64,000 nt of DNA from Pristiophorus japonicus (Eukaryota). The stretch covers positions 51,150,001-51,214,000 of the forward strand of contig NC_091999.1 in assembly GCF_044704955.1 (NCBI RefSeq), given 5' to 3'. This document shows positions 14,180-25,674 of the stretch, one piece after another; the first letter of the stretch is position 1, and each line of letters opens with the position of its first letter. The notes beneath the pieces were generated by a model. That model was given only the letters and a program-made list of their open reading frames with translations, was not told the DNA's origin and ran no database searches. The position numbers and the translations under genes are program-made.

Positions 14180-14545
14180 TATTGAAGTGTAGTCATTGTT
14201 GTAATGCAGGGAAACGTGGCAGCGGATTTGCACTCAGCAAAGTTCCACCTACCGAGAAATAAATACAGGCGCAGATAATCATTTTTGGTGATATTTGTTG
14301 AGCGATAAGCATTGGTCAGGGCATCGGCAGAACATTTACTCACTTCTTGAATATAATACACTCAGATCCTTGGCATCCACCTGATAGGGAAGACGGAACC
14401 TCGGTTTAAAGTCTCACTTGAAAGACAGCACCATCTGACAAAGAAGCATTCCATCAGTACTGCACGGGCGGGTCAACCTGTAATGGGACTTGAACCCACA
14501 TTCTTCTAACTGAGGTGCAAGAGGGCTACCACGGCTGAGTGCATC
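14180..14545 (-). mobile_element. SINE, same family
   Basis: Collinear with 28760-29130, including the gggttcaagtccc B-box. Confidence 0.75.
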
Positions 14546-14780
14546 CACCTCAAAAACCAAGCTATTCCTAAAGATACAACTGACTTACTGCACGAAGGTA
14601 AGTGTCAGCATCCATAGGACATGACGGGTCACTTGGAAATAAAATAAATCAGTTTACAACATTAAATTGGGTGATAAAGTGTATGTTTCCACTGTGGAGA
14701 ATAGGAATGACCAGCGGGTTTGGAGAATTGGAACGAAAGACTACAGTGCAGAGCTTAATGGAGGTTGAGTGCTGGAATAG

Positions 14781-15682
14781 CTAGTTTCGTTGTAGAAGTA
14801 ATTTAACAACTAGATTCAATGGATATTTCAGCGCGTTCTTTAACTGCTGTCTGAAGTTACTCTGAGTCACTGTATAAATAAACATGTTAGTGCAGCAGCT
14901 TAGGAGCTGAAGCATGTTTCCACTTTCCTGCAGAACAAATTTGGGGTCATTGAAATAATTATTGTTTTCAATTCGGACATAGAGAAAATTGATAACATAC
15001 GTCAACCACAACAGGATGAAACTTCCCGAGATGGTGAAGAGTAAAATTATGGACTTTCGCCGGCTCTCCATCTCTGGATCACTCTGACTCTCTCCATTGT
15101 TTTGGGCCCGGAGTCTCCTGCGGGCCCTACTGGCCCCTAGAATGTATCTGACGGTCACAGCATTGAGCAGTAACATCAGGAGGAACGGTGCACACGGGGT
15201 TAGAATACGGTCCAGCCAGTCAAACGCTGTCCAAGCGGGTGAAAAATAAAAAGTAAGTTTTATGTTGCAGTACCAGGCCACATTATTAATAGTAAACAAT
15301 GGCTCATACGTGAAGTAGAAAGGGATGTTTTTTAAACAACTCAGGGCACAGACCGCTCCTATCACCACAGCCGCCGTTGTCTCGGTGCAGTATTTTGTTT
15401 TCAGCTTCTGGCAACAAATGGCCACAAATCGATCAAAGGTGAACGCGACCGTTAACCAGACAGAACTGTCTCTTGATGAATAAATGAGCACAGTGCTGAT
15501 GCTGCACGCTGGTGTGGTGGACAGAATGCTATTCCGGAAATAGATACCACCAATTCTATTCAATATCACAGCGGTGATAATCACCAGGAGATCGGTCACC
15601 GCCATGAACACCAGGTACCGAGTGATACACCTGGAGAGACCGCACCTTCCTCGGGACAGGATCACAATCGCCGCGATGTTCG
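14781..15682 (-). CDS. GPR139-like: GPR139-like class A GPCR, exon 2 (TM1 end to TM7 and stop); spliced product 323 aa
   Basis: Open frame with TM2 MAVTDLL, TM3 SVWLTVAFTFDRFVAIC, ECL2 WYC, TM6 FILLWL and TM7 SCCTNMFIY. Acceptor ttttgcag|CG-AAC at 15682 joins exon 1 in phase 1 to give GVP-A-N. Confidence 0.9.
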
Positions 15683-16544
15683 CTGCAAAAAGGAGCAAAA
15701 TGGAAATTACACATCAGACTACCATCATAAGAACATAAGCACATATGAAATAGGAGCAGGAGTAGGCCATTTGCCTCCAACCGCACCCCCCTCCCCCGGG
15801 CCTGCTCCGCCATTTAATAAGATCATGGCTGATTTGATCATGGATCAGCTCCACTTCCTGCCCACCCCCCCGAAACCTTCTTTCACTTATCGCTCAAAAA
15901 TCTGTTTATCTCCGCCTTAATTATCTTCAGTGACCCAGCCTCCATAGCCATTCAAAATCTTAGTTTGACTGGACATGGTTTCTGAGTTCATTACCTGATC
16001 AGTTGATGGAATCCAATCAATTTGCCAGATCAGCAGAGCTTCACTAAATACGGAACAATATGGAATCGCAGGGAAAGCGTTTTGCTCGATAGACGTGAAG
16101 CTATAATCGCCTGAACTCGGCACAAAAAGAGAAGGAGAGCGAAACTGACCATAATAAAGAACAGAAATAAACTAATAGTTAATGAATAATTTATCCCAAC
16201 ATTAAATAGGACAAGCTAAACATAATGTCACCTTGAAAATTGATGGTAGAAAGAGTGCGATCGACTGCTATTTACACCTCAGGAGAATCGTAAAATCCCC
16301 ATATGGAATGACTCCAAATTACGACTGTTGCTATCTGGTTAATGGAGTAGCTATTCTGCTAATGGGCGGTGAAAAAAGGCAATGAGATCATTGACCAGCA
16401 AACTGCACCTTTGTGATATTGGTTGAGGGACAAATGTTGGCCAGGGCACAACTCCCAGCACTCGGTCCAGTTGTTCCTTGAACATTAGACAGTGTCATGG
16501 TATGCAGTATCACTGTAAAGGCGGCATTGCAGAGAACCTGTCAG

Positions 16545-18325
16545 TGACAGCTGGGTTGAGCCTATAAACTGCAGGATAAGTGGTGAGGGAGCGTTGTATG
16601 GGAGCCACTCAGTGAGAGCCAGAGGTGAGTCCATAACCTGTAAGATAGAAGGTGAGGGAGCGTATAGTGTGAGCCACTTCTTGAGAGCTGGGGGTGAGTC
16701 TATAAATTGCGCGATAAGTGGTGAGAGAGTGTTTAATGGGAGCCACTCGGTGAGAGCCGGGGGTGAGTCCATAACCTGTAGGATAGGTGGTGAGGGAGCG
16801 TTTAATGGGAGCCAGTCAGTGAGCGCCGGGTGCGAGTTCATAACCTGAGGGATTGGTGGTGAGGGTGCATTTAATGTGAAGCACTCAGTGAGAGCCGGGG
16901 GTGAGCCTATAAACTGTGGGATAGCTGGTGAGGGAGCGTATAGTGTAATACACTCCATGAGAGCCGAGGTGAGTCTATAAACTGCGGGATAGGTGGTGAG
17001 GGAGCGTTTAATGGGAGTCACTCAATGAGTGCCGGGGGTGAGTCTATAAAATGCGGGACAAGTGGTGAGGGAGCATTTAGTGTGAGCCACTCAGTGAGAG
17101 CTGGTGGTGAGTCTATAACCCATTGGACAGGTGGTGAGGGAGCGTTTAATGGGAACCACTCAGTGAGAGCCGGGGGTGAGCCTATAAAGTGGGGGATAGG
17201 TGGTGAGGGAGCATATAGTGTGAGCCACTCCATGAGAGCTGAGGTGAGTCTATAAACTGCGGGATAGGTGGTGAGGGAGCGTTTAGTCTCAGCCAGTCAG
17301 TGAGAGCTGGGGGTGAGTCTATAACCCATTGGATAGGTGGTGAGGGCACGTTTAATGGGAGCCATTCAGTGACCGCCGGGGGTGAGTTTATAACCTGATG
17401 AATAGCTGGTGAGGGAAGTTTAATGGGAGCCACTCAGTGAGAGCCGTGGTCAGTCTATAATATGCGTGATACGTGTTCAGGGAGCGTTTAACATGAGCCA
17501 CTCTGTGACAGCCGGGGGTGTGTCCATAACCTGTGGGTTCGGTGGTGAGGGAGCGTTTAATGGGAGCTACTCAGTGACAGCCGGGGATGAGTCTATAACC
17601 TACGGGATAGGTGGTGAGGGAGTGTTTAATGCGAACCACTCAGTGAGAACCGGGGTTGAGTCTATAACTTGTGGCATAGGTGGTCAGGGAGCGTATAGAT
17701 TAAGCACTCCTTGAGAGCCGGGGATGAGCCAATAAACTGCGGGATAGGTGGTGAGGGAGTGTATAGTGTAAGCTACTCCTTGAGAGCCGGGGGTGAGCCT
17801 ATAAACTGCGGGATAGGTGGTGAGGGAGCGTTTAATGAGATCCACTTAATGAGAGCTGGGGGTGAGTCCATAACCTGTGGGATAGAAGGTGAGGGAGAGT
17901 ATAGTGTGAGCCACTCAATGAGAGCCGGGGCTGAGTCCATAACTTGTGGGATAGGTAGTGAGGGAGCGTTTAGTGTGAGTCAGTCAGTGAGCGCCGGGTG
18001 TTAGTCCATAACTTGTGGGATAGGTAGTGAGGGAGCGTTTACTGTGAGCCACTCAGTGAGAGCTGGGGGTGAGTCTAAAACTCATTGGATAGGTGGTGAG
18101 GGATCGTTTAATGTGAGTCATTCAGTGACAGCCGGGGGTGAGCTTATAACCTGCGGCATAGTTGGTGAGGGAGCGTTTAATGGGAGCCACTCAGTGAGAG
18201 CCGGGGTCTGTCTAGAACCTGCGTGAAACGTGTTGAGGGAGCGTTTAATGGGAGCCACTAAGAGACAGTCGGGGATGAGCTTATAGCCTGCGGGATAGGT
18301 GGTGACGGAGTGTTTAATGTGAGCC
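16545..18325. repeat. 69-bp minisatellite, about 26 copies, in the GPCR intron
   Basis: Unit ggtggtgagggagcgtttaatgggagccactcagtgagagccgggggtgagtctataaactgcgggata. Confidence 0.93.
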
Positions 18326-19197
18326 ATCCATTCAGAATCGGACATGCAACAAGAAGCAGATTGTAAAAGACACGTTAAATGTTGTGAATCATTTCAGAGG
18401 TGGTGAATGTGGACCGTGCCACCAGGGATGATGAACGGTCGGGTTAAATTTGGATTTTGGCTCCCGGTTTGAAGATGGGATTAGGAGTTACACGGAAACA
18501 TCGTGGAGGAGCAAATGAGCCACTGGTTGACCGGCTCCAGTAAAATGACCAAGGGGTTGCTCCAAACTGAAGTAGGAGGCCGCGGGCCAAGCAGAGAATG
18601 ATACAGCACAGAAGTTAACCATTCGGCCCATCGTGCCTGTGCAGGCTCTTTGACAGAGCTATCCCCTGTTCTCCTCTCGGAACCGTGCTATTTCCACCTT
18701 AGAGTACTTATCGAATTCCCTTTAGAAAGTTACTATTGAATGTGCCTCCACCACCCTTTCAGCATTGCATTCCAGATCACAACAACACGCTACATAAAAA
18801 ATTATTCCTCATCTCACCTCTGTTTTATTTGCCAATCACCTTAAATCTGTGACCTCTGGGTCCCGACCTTTCTGCCACTGTAAACCGTTTCTCATGATTT
18901 AGTTTGTCAAAGCCCTACATGGTTTTGAACACATCGATTAAATCTACCCTTAACCTTCTCTGCTCCAAGGGCCACTAGCCGAGTTTCTCTCGTCTCTGCA
19001 AGTAATTGAAGTCCCTCATCCCGGTCTTTGGACCGGTGCCATGGATAGCAATGGAGGGTTGACTGGAGAGGGCAACGGTCTGGAACATTAGCAAAGAATA
19101 GAAGTAACAAGTGGAGTTGAACAGCATTTAAAAAAGAGAATCCCAGAGTAGCTCATTCCAAGAGCAGGACAAGATTTCACTGAACGATGGCGACAAA

Positions 19198-19615
19198 AAG
19201 AAAGAAAGACTTGCAATTATATTGCACCTTTCACGACCTCACGATGTCTCAAAACGTTTTAAGCCAATTAAGTACTTTTGAAGTGTATTCACTTTCGTAA
19301 TGTAAGAAACGGGACAGCCAATTACCATATTACAAGCTTCCACAAACAGCAATGTGATGATGAACAGATTTTCTTTTTTAGATTTGTTGATTGAGGGTTA
19401 AATATTGCCCAGGAATCCGGCGATAACTCTTCTGCTCTTCTTGCCATGGAAACTTTAACATCTACCTGAGAGAGCAGATGGTGGCTCAGTTTTACGTCTC
19501 ATCTGAAACACAGCACCTCTGACAGTGCCACGCTCTCCCAGCACTGAACTGGAGTGTCAGACTTGATTTTGTGGTGAACCTTCTGGAGTGGACTTCAACC
19601 CATAATCTTCTGATG
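19198..19615 (-). mobile_element. SINE, same family
   Basis: Collinear with 28672-29095. Confidence 0.75.
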
Positions 19616-20499
19616 GTTCTACAGCGTAATTAATAGAAACTGCGAATTTTTCATTCTTAGTTAACGGTTGTCAATAACGCTGAGCTAACACATTATCAGT
19701 AAATGCACTACTTACACTCAGTCACTGATATTTCATTATCAAACCAATCAGTTAAGTGATAGTTTGCTGAAGATAGTTATCAACATGAAGTTACCATTAC
19801 CTAATCTTGTGAGTAATTCCTTGAAGTATTTATTACATTTAGCGAGTAGATTCTTAATTATTAAACGTTTGAAAGTAAGCAATGAAAGCTCTAATGCAAA
19901 CTTACTTTAACGAACACTGTCACGTCTAGAAATAAATCAATTTTTCAGGTCATGTTGTGCAATAAAATCACTAACACTCAATAGTTACTGTCCAGGAAAC
20001 GTGCGCGTCATTTGTACCAAAAAAGTATCAGGCCAGTACACAGATATACATATCTGAATGCATCTTTCGAGTTGCCTCAGTAATTGAATTAAATCAACTT
20101 TAACACAAGGGATAGCCAAGTTATCCGTAGACTCGCACCTCAGAAACTAAAGCCATTATGAATCGTTCTGTACCAAATTAGATAACTGGAAATAAGGCCC
20201 AGCAACATTGCTAATTTATAACAATGCAACATTTACACTCAAAGTGCTATAAAAGAATCTCCATTTACAACCAGTTTGAATTGATTACACCGAGACAGCA
20301 GCAGTAGATGGAAGAAAGTCAGCCCGATTGTGAACGAGATCCCCAGAGCAATGACAGATGAGCATTAAACTGACGCCGAATTCAAAGCAATGGATATAAA
20401 CAGATGAATTTAAATATAATTGTAAAGCACAGAATCGTTTTATTGTGGACCTCGTGTAATCTTTTTGAAGCTCTTTCAGTGACGAAAGATATGCTGGAG

Positions 20500-23135
20500 C
20501 TAACCTGTCCAGTCCCGTCAGAATCTTGTAAGTTTAGATGAGATCCCTTCTCATCCTTCTAAACTGCAATGTATAAAGGCCCAGTTGATCCAGTCTCTCC
20601 TCATATGTCAGTCCCTCCATGCCGGGAATCAGTCTGGTGAACCTTCGCTGTACTCCCTCAATAGCAAGAACGTCCTTCCTCAGGTTAGGAGACGAAAACT
20701 GAAAACAATATTCCAGGTGAGGCCTCACCAAGGCCCCGTACAACTGTAGTAAGACCTCCCTGCTCCAATACAAATCCCCTCGCTATGAAGGCCAACGTAC
20801 CATTTACCTTCTTCACTGCCTGCTGCACCTGCATGCCAACTTTCAACGACTGATGAACCATGACACCAAGGTCTCAGTGCACCTCCCCCTTTCCTAATCT
20901 TCCACCATTCAGATAATATTCTGCCTTCGTGTTTTTGACCACAGATTGGATAACCTCACATTCATCCACATTATACTGCATCTGCCATGCATTTGCTCAT
21001 TCACCTAACCTGTCCAATCACCCTGAAGCCTTTTAGCGTCCTCCTCACAGCTCACACCGTTACGCAGTTTAGTGTCATCTGAAAACTTGGAGATATTACT
21101 CTCAATTACTTCATCTAAATCACAAATGTATATTCTAAAGAGCTGGGGTCCGAGTCATGAGCCCTGCGGCATCCCACAAATCACTGCCTGCAACTCTGAA
21201 AAGGACCCGTTTATCCCGACTCTCTGCTTCCTGTCTGCCAACCAGTTCTCTACCCACGTCAGTACCTGACCCCCAATACCATATGCTTTGATGCTGCACA
21301 CCAATTTCTTGGGTGGGACCTGGTCAAAAGCCTTTTGAAAGTCCAAATACACTACATCCACTGGTTCTCCCTTGTCGACTTTACTAGTTACATCATCAAA
21401 AATTCCAGAAGATTTGTCAAGCATGATTTCCCTTTCATAAATGCATGCTGACTTGGACCGATCCTGTCACTGCTTTTCAAATGCGCTGCTATTTCATCTT
21501 TAATTATTGATTCCAACATTTTGCACACTACTGATCTCAGGCTGACTGGTCTATAATTACCCGTTTTCTCTCTCCCTCATTTTTTAAAAAGTAGTGTTAC
21601 ATTTGCTGCCCTCCAGTCCATAGGAACTGATCCAGCTTCGATAGAATGTTGGAAAATGATCGCCAATGCATCCATTATTTCTATGGCCACTTCCTTAAGT
21701 ATTCTGGGATGCAGACTATCAGGCCCCGGGGATTTATCGGCCTTCAATCCCATCAATTTCCCAAACACAATTTCCCACTTTATAAGGATATCCTTCAGTT
21801 CCTCCTTCTCACCAGGCCCTCGGTCCCCTAATATTTCTGGAAGGTTACTTGTGTCTTCCTTCGGGAGAACAGAACCAATGTATTTGTTTAACTGGTCTGC
21901 CATTTCTTTGTTCCCCATTGTAAATTCACGTGAATCTGAATAAAAGGGACCGACGTTTGTTTTCACTAATCTTTTCCTCTTCACATATTTATACAAGCTT
22001 TTGCAGTCAGTTTTTATGTTCCCAGCAAGGTTCCACTCATACTCTATTTTCCCCCTCCTAAGTAAACCCTTTGTCCTCCTCTGCCGTGTTAGAAAATTCT
22101 CCAAGTCCTCAGGTTTGCTGCTTTTTCTGGCCAATTTATATGCCTCTTCCTTGGACTTAACACTATTCTGAATTTCCCTTGTTAGCTAAGGTTGAGCCAC
22201 CTTCCCCATTTTATTTTTACTCCAGACAGGGATGTACAATTGTTGAAGTTCATCCATGTGATCTTTAAATGTTTGCCACTGCCTATCCGTCAACCTTTTA
22301 TGTATCACTCGCCAGTCTATTCTAGCAAATTCATGTCTCATACTATCAAAGTTACCTTTCCCCAAGTTCAGGACCCTAGTCGCTGAATTAACTGTGTCAC
22401 TCTCCATCTTCATAAAGAATTCCATCATATTATGGTCACTCTTCCCCAAGGGGCGTAGCACAACAAGTTTGTTAATCAGTCCTTTCTCAGTACACATCAC
22501 CCAAACTAGGAAAGCCAGCAAACTAGTTGGTTCCTCGACATATTGCTCTGGACAACCATTCCTAATACACTGCAGGAAATCCTCCTCCACCGTATTGCTA
22601 CCAGTTTGGTTAGCCCAATCAATATGTAGATTAAAGTCGCTCATGATAACTGCTGTACCTTTATTGCATGCATCCCTAATTTCTTGTTTGATGCTGTTCC
22701 CATCCTCATTACTCGTGTTCGTTGGTCTGTACACAACTCCCACTAGCGTTTACTGCCCTTTGCTATTCCGTAGCTCCATCCATACAGATTCCGCATCATC
22801 CAAGCCAATGTCCTTCCTTATTATTGCATTAATTTCCTCTTTAACCAGCAACGGCATCCCACCTCCTTTTCCTTTCTGTCTATTGCTCCTAAATGTTGAA
22901 TATCCCTGGATGTTGAGTTCCCATACTTGGTCACCCTGGAGACATGTCTCTGTGATGCCAATTACATCAGATCCGTTAACTGCTATCTGCGCAGTTAATT
23001 CGTCCACCTTATTCCGAATACTAGTCGCATTGAGGCACAGAGCCTTCAGGCTTGACTTTTTAACACCCTTTGCCCGTTTAGAATGTTGCTGTAATGTGGC
23101 CCCTTTTGCCCTCCACTTTTACTTTTCTTCTTTCT
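20500..23135 (-). mobile_element. CR1 ORF2 (endonuclease + RT), decayed
   Basis: GITETCLQ, VVYRP, SPGPDSLHP, VDVVYLDFQKAFD, RPHLEYC. Confidence 0.92.
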
Positions 23136-23143
23136 ATCTTTTA

Positions 23144-23455
23144 TCAGTATTCAGACATGGTTACAGCCTGATTGTCAGCTCGGTGTTCGGGTAGGTCTGC
23201 CACTGTGTCAGTATTCAGACACAGTTACAGTCTGATTGTCAGCTCTGTGTTCGGGTAGGTCTGTCACTGTGTCAGTATTCAGACACGGTTACAGTCTGAT
23301 TGTCATCGCGGTGTTCGGGTTGTCTCACTGTTTGTCAGTATTTAGAGAAGGTTACAGTCTGATTGTCAGCTCGGTGTTCGGGCAGGTCTGTTCCTGTGTA
23401 TCAGTATTCAGACACAGTTACATTCCGATTGTCAGCTCGGTGTTCAGGTAGGTCT
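23144..23455. repeat. About 64-bp tandem repeat, 5 copies
   Basis: tcagtattcagacac..ttacagtctgattgtcagctcggtgttcgggtaggtctg repeated. Confidence 0.9.
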
Positions 23456-23718
23456 ATTTCACTCTGTGCGGGTGTTCACACCAGTCCATTTTTGAAAATG
23501 CTAACTCACTGTATGAACATAAATGTATAGCCTCCAGGTGGTGCGGGTCTGGCTGGTTGAAAAATTACTTGCAGATGCGGATCATTTAAGAATTTCAATA
23601 AAATACCCTTCCTAATAAAAATAGAAGGTTGGGTTACAGAAAAACATTGAGAACACATTCAGAAAATCCCAGTCCAGACAGTTAAATGATGAGCTCTAGA
23701 ATTACCTTCATATCTCAC

Positions 23719-23788
23719 CTGGAACCCCGATAGCTGCAAGGACAGGATAGTAAATCGCAAATATCTGACCATTTGCTGGTGAATGCAT
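23719..23788 (-). CDS. GPR139-like: GPR139-like GPCR exon 1 (MHSPANGQIFAIYYPVLAAIGVP)
   Basis: 70 nt = 23 codons + 1; ends CCAG|gtgag; phase matches exon 2; YY..L..G.PAN resembles GPR139-family TM1. Intron 15683-23718. Confidence 0.88.
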
Positions 23789-23834
23789 TTTTTGTAAGAG
23801 CCGATCTGCTCGAGATCTTTCCAACGTAAATGGT

Positions 23835-23880
23835 CCCTTATTTATGATTTGTGTTAAACCCCAGAGATACAATTAGATTG
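23835..23880 (-). promoter_or_regulatory. Proximal promoter of the intact GPCR: TATA-like TAAATAA plus adjacent homeodomain (CTAATTG) and O/E-type (CCCCAGAGA on +) sites
   Basis: Motifs at 23838-23844, 23870-23876 and 23859-23867, about 50-90 bp upstream of the ATG. Confidence 0.4.
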
Positions 23881-24034
23881 TTTCACCTTGCATATTAGTT
23901 ACAGTCATCTGAACAAACAATTCGCTTTCACGTTGATGTTTCCTGAAATAGAATATGTTTTCAAGTGTAATGCAGACATCTATTGGAAAATGTCATGCAG
24001 TTCCCATGATGGAACGGAGCCGTGAACACTACAT

Positions 24035-25510
24035 ACATAGAAACATATAAACAAATAAAATAGGTGCAGGAGTAGGCCAATCGGCCCTTCGAGTCTGTAC
24101 CGCCATTCAGTGAGTTCATGGCTGAATATGCAACTTTAGTGCCCCATTCCTGCTTTGTAGCCATACCCCATGATCCCCCTAGTAGTAAGGACAAATCTAA
24201 CTCCTTTTTGAATATATTTAGTGAATTGCCCTCACCAACTTTCTGTGGTCGAGAATTCCACAGGTTCACCACTCTCTGGGTGAATACGTTTCTCCTCATC
24301 TCGGTCCTAAATGGCTTACCCTTTATCCTTAGACTATGACCCCTGGTTCTGGACTTCCCCAACATTGGGAACATTTTTCCTGCATCTAACCTGTCTAAAC
24401 CCATCAACATTTTAAATGTTTCCATGAGATCCCCTCTCATTCTTCTGAACTCCAGTGAATACAAGCCCAGTTGATCCAGTCTTTCTTGATATGTCAGTCC
24501 CGCCATCAGGGAATCAATCTGGTGAACCTTCGCTGCACTCCCTCAATAGCAAGAATGTCCTTCCTCAAATTAGGAGGCCAAAACTGTACACAATACTCGA
24601 GGTGTGGCCTCACCAAGGCATTGTACAAATGTAGTAACACCGCACTGCCCCTGTACTCAAATCCCCTCGCTATGAAGGCCAACATGCCATTTGCTTTCTT
24701 AACCGCCTGCTGTACCTGCATGCCAACCTTCAATGACTGATGTACCATGACATAATCACGTAGAGTTACACAGGGTCTGCAGCACAGAAGGAAATGTGTC
24801 TTCTGTGCAGTTTAGTCCAACTTGTCTATGCGGGAATCATGCTCCAAACGAATCTCATCCTACCCCTCTTCATCGAACCCTAATGGCATATCCTTCTATT
24901 CCTTTATTGGTTATAATCTAGTTTCGCCTTCAATGCATCTATACTATTCATCTCAACCACTCCCTGTGTAGCGAGTTCGACACACTCGCTAGTCTGTGGG
25001 TAAAGACATTTTTCCTGAATTCCCCATTGGATTCATAAGTGAATATATTATATTTATGCCCCCGAGTTTTAGTCCTTCCCCACAAGTGGAAACAACCTCC
25101 CTACATCTATCCTATCAAAGCTTTCATAATCTTAAAGACCTCTACCAGGTCACTTCTCAGCCTTCTATTTACTGCAGAAATAAGCCAGAGCCTGTTCAGC
25201 CTTTCCTTATGAATAGATCCTCCCAGTTCTGGTATCATCCTTCTCATCGCATGAATCATTTTTGCAATTTCGCCTGTGCCTAAATAACCGTTATAATATG
25301 TCGATCAGAACTGTGCACAGTGATCCACGTGTGGTCTAACCACGGTTTGATACAGGTTTAAAATAACTTATCTGCTTGTCAATATATCTCTCCAGAAATG
25401 AACACTAGTGCATTTTCATGGAATTATTAACCTGTGCGTCGACTTTTAATGATCTGTGTATCTGTACCCCCAGATCTTTTTGCCCCACTGCCCAATTTAG
25501 ACTCTTATTC
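24035..25510 (-). mobile_element. Two CR1 3' fragments upstream of the GPCR promoter
   Basis: acatagaaacat tail; RTRGHSLR; RPHLEYCVQFW. Confidence 0.85.
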
Positions 25511-25674
25511 TCATATTCTCACAGTCAGCAAACCACGAAGTAAACTGCATAGATTATAATTGTCCTTTTTATAAATTCTATAGAGAATGAAATAAAAATT
25601 GACACGTGCACTCAGGATCAAGATAAAATGTGAAATCTGATAAGCAAGGTTTAAAAGTGTATACACTATCTTAT

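Noticed and set aside
12907-14361. Long ORFs (up to 423 aa; one LRR-looking CKxLWNLPG repeat) as genes
   Set aside because: Open in several frames on both strands because the 27-bp unit lacks stops; the array is SINE-derived.
15683-15698. ORF-track start (MLLFA) for the GPCR
   Set aside because: It is a TTG inside the acceptor polypyrimidine tract; the true N-terminus is exon 1 at 23719-23788.
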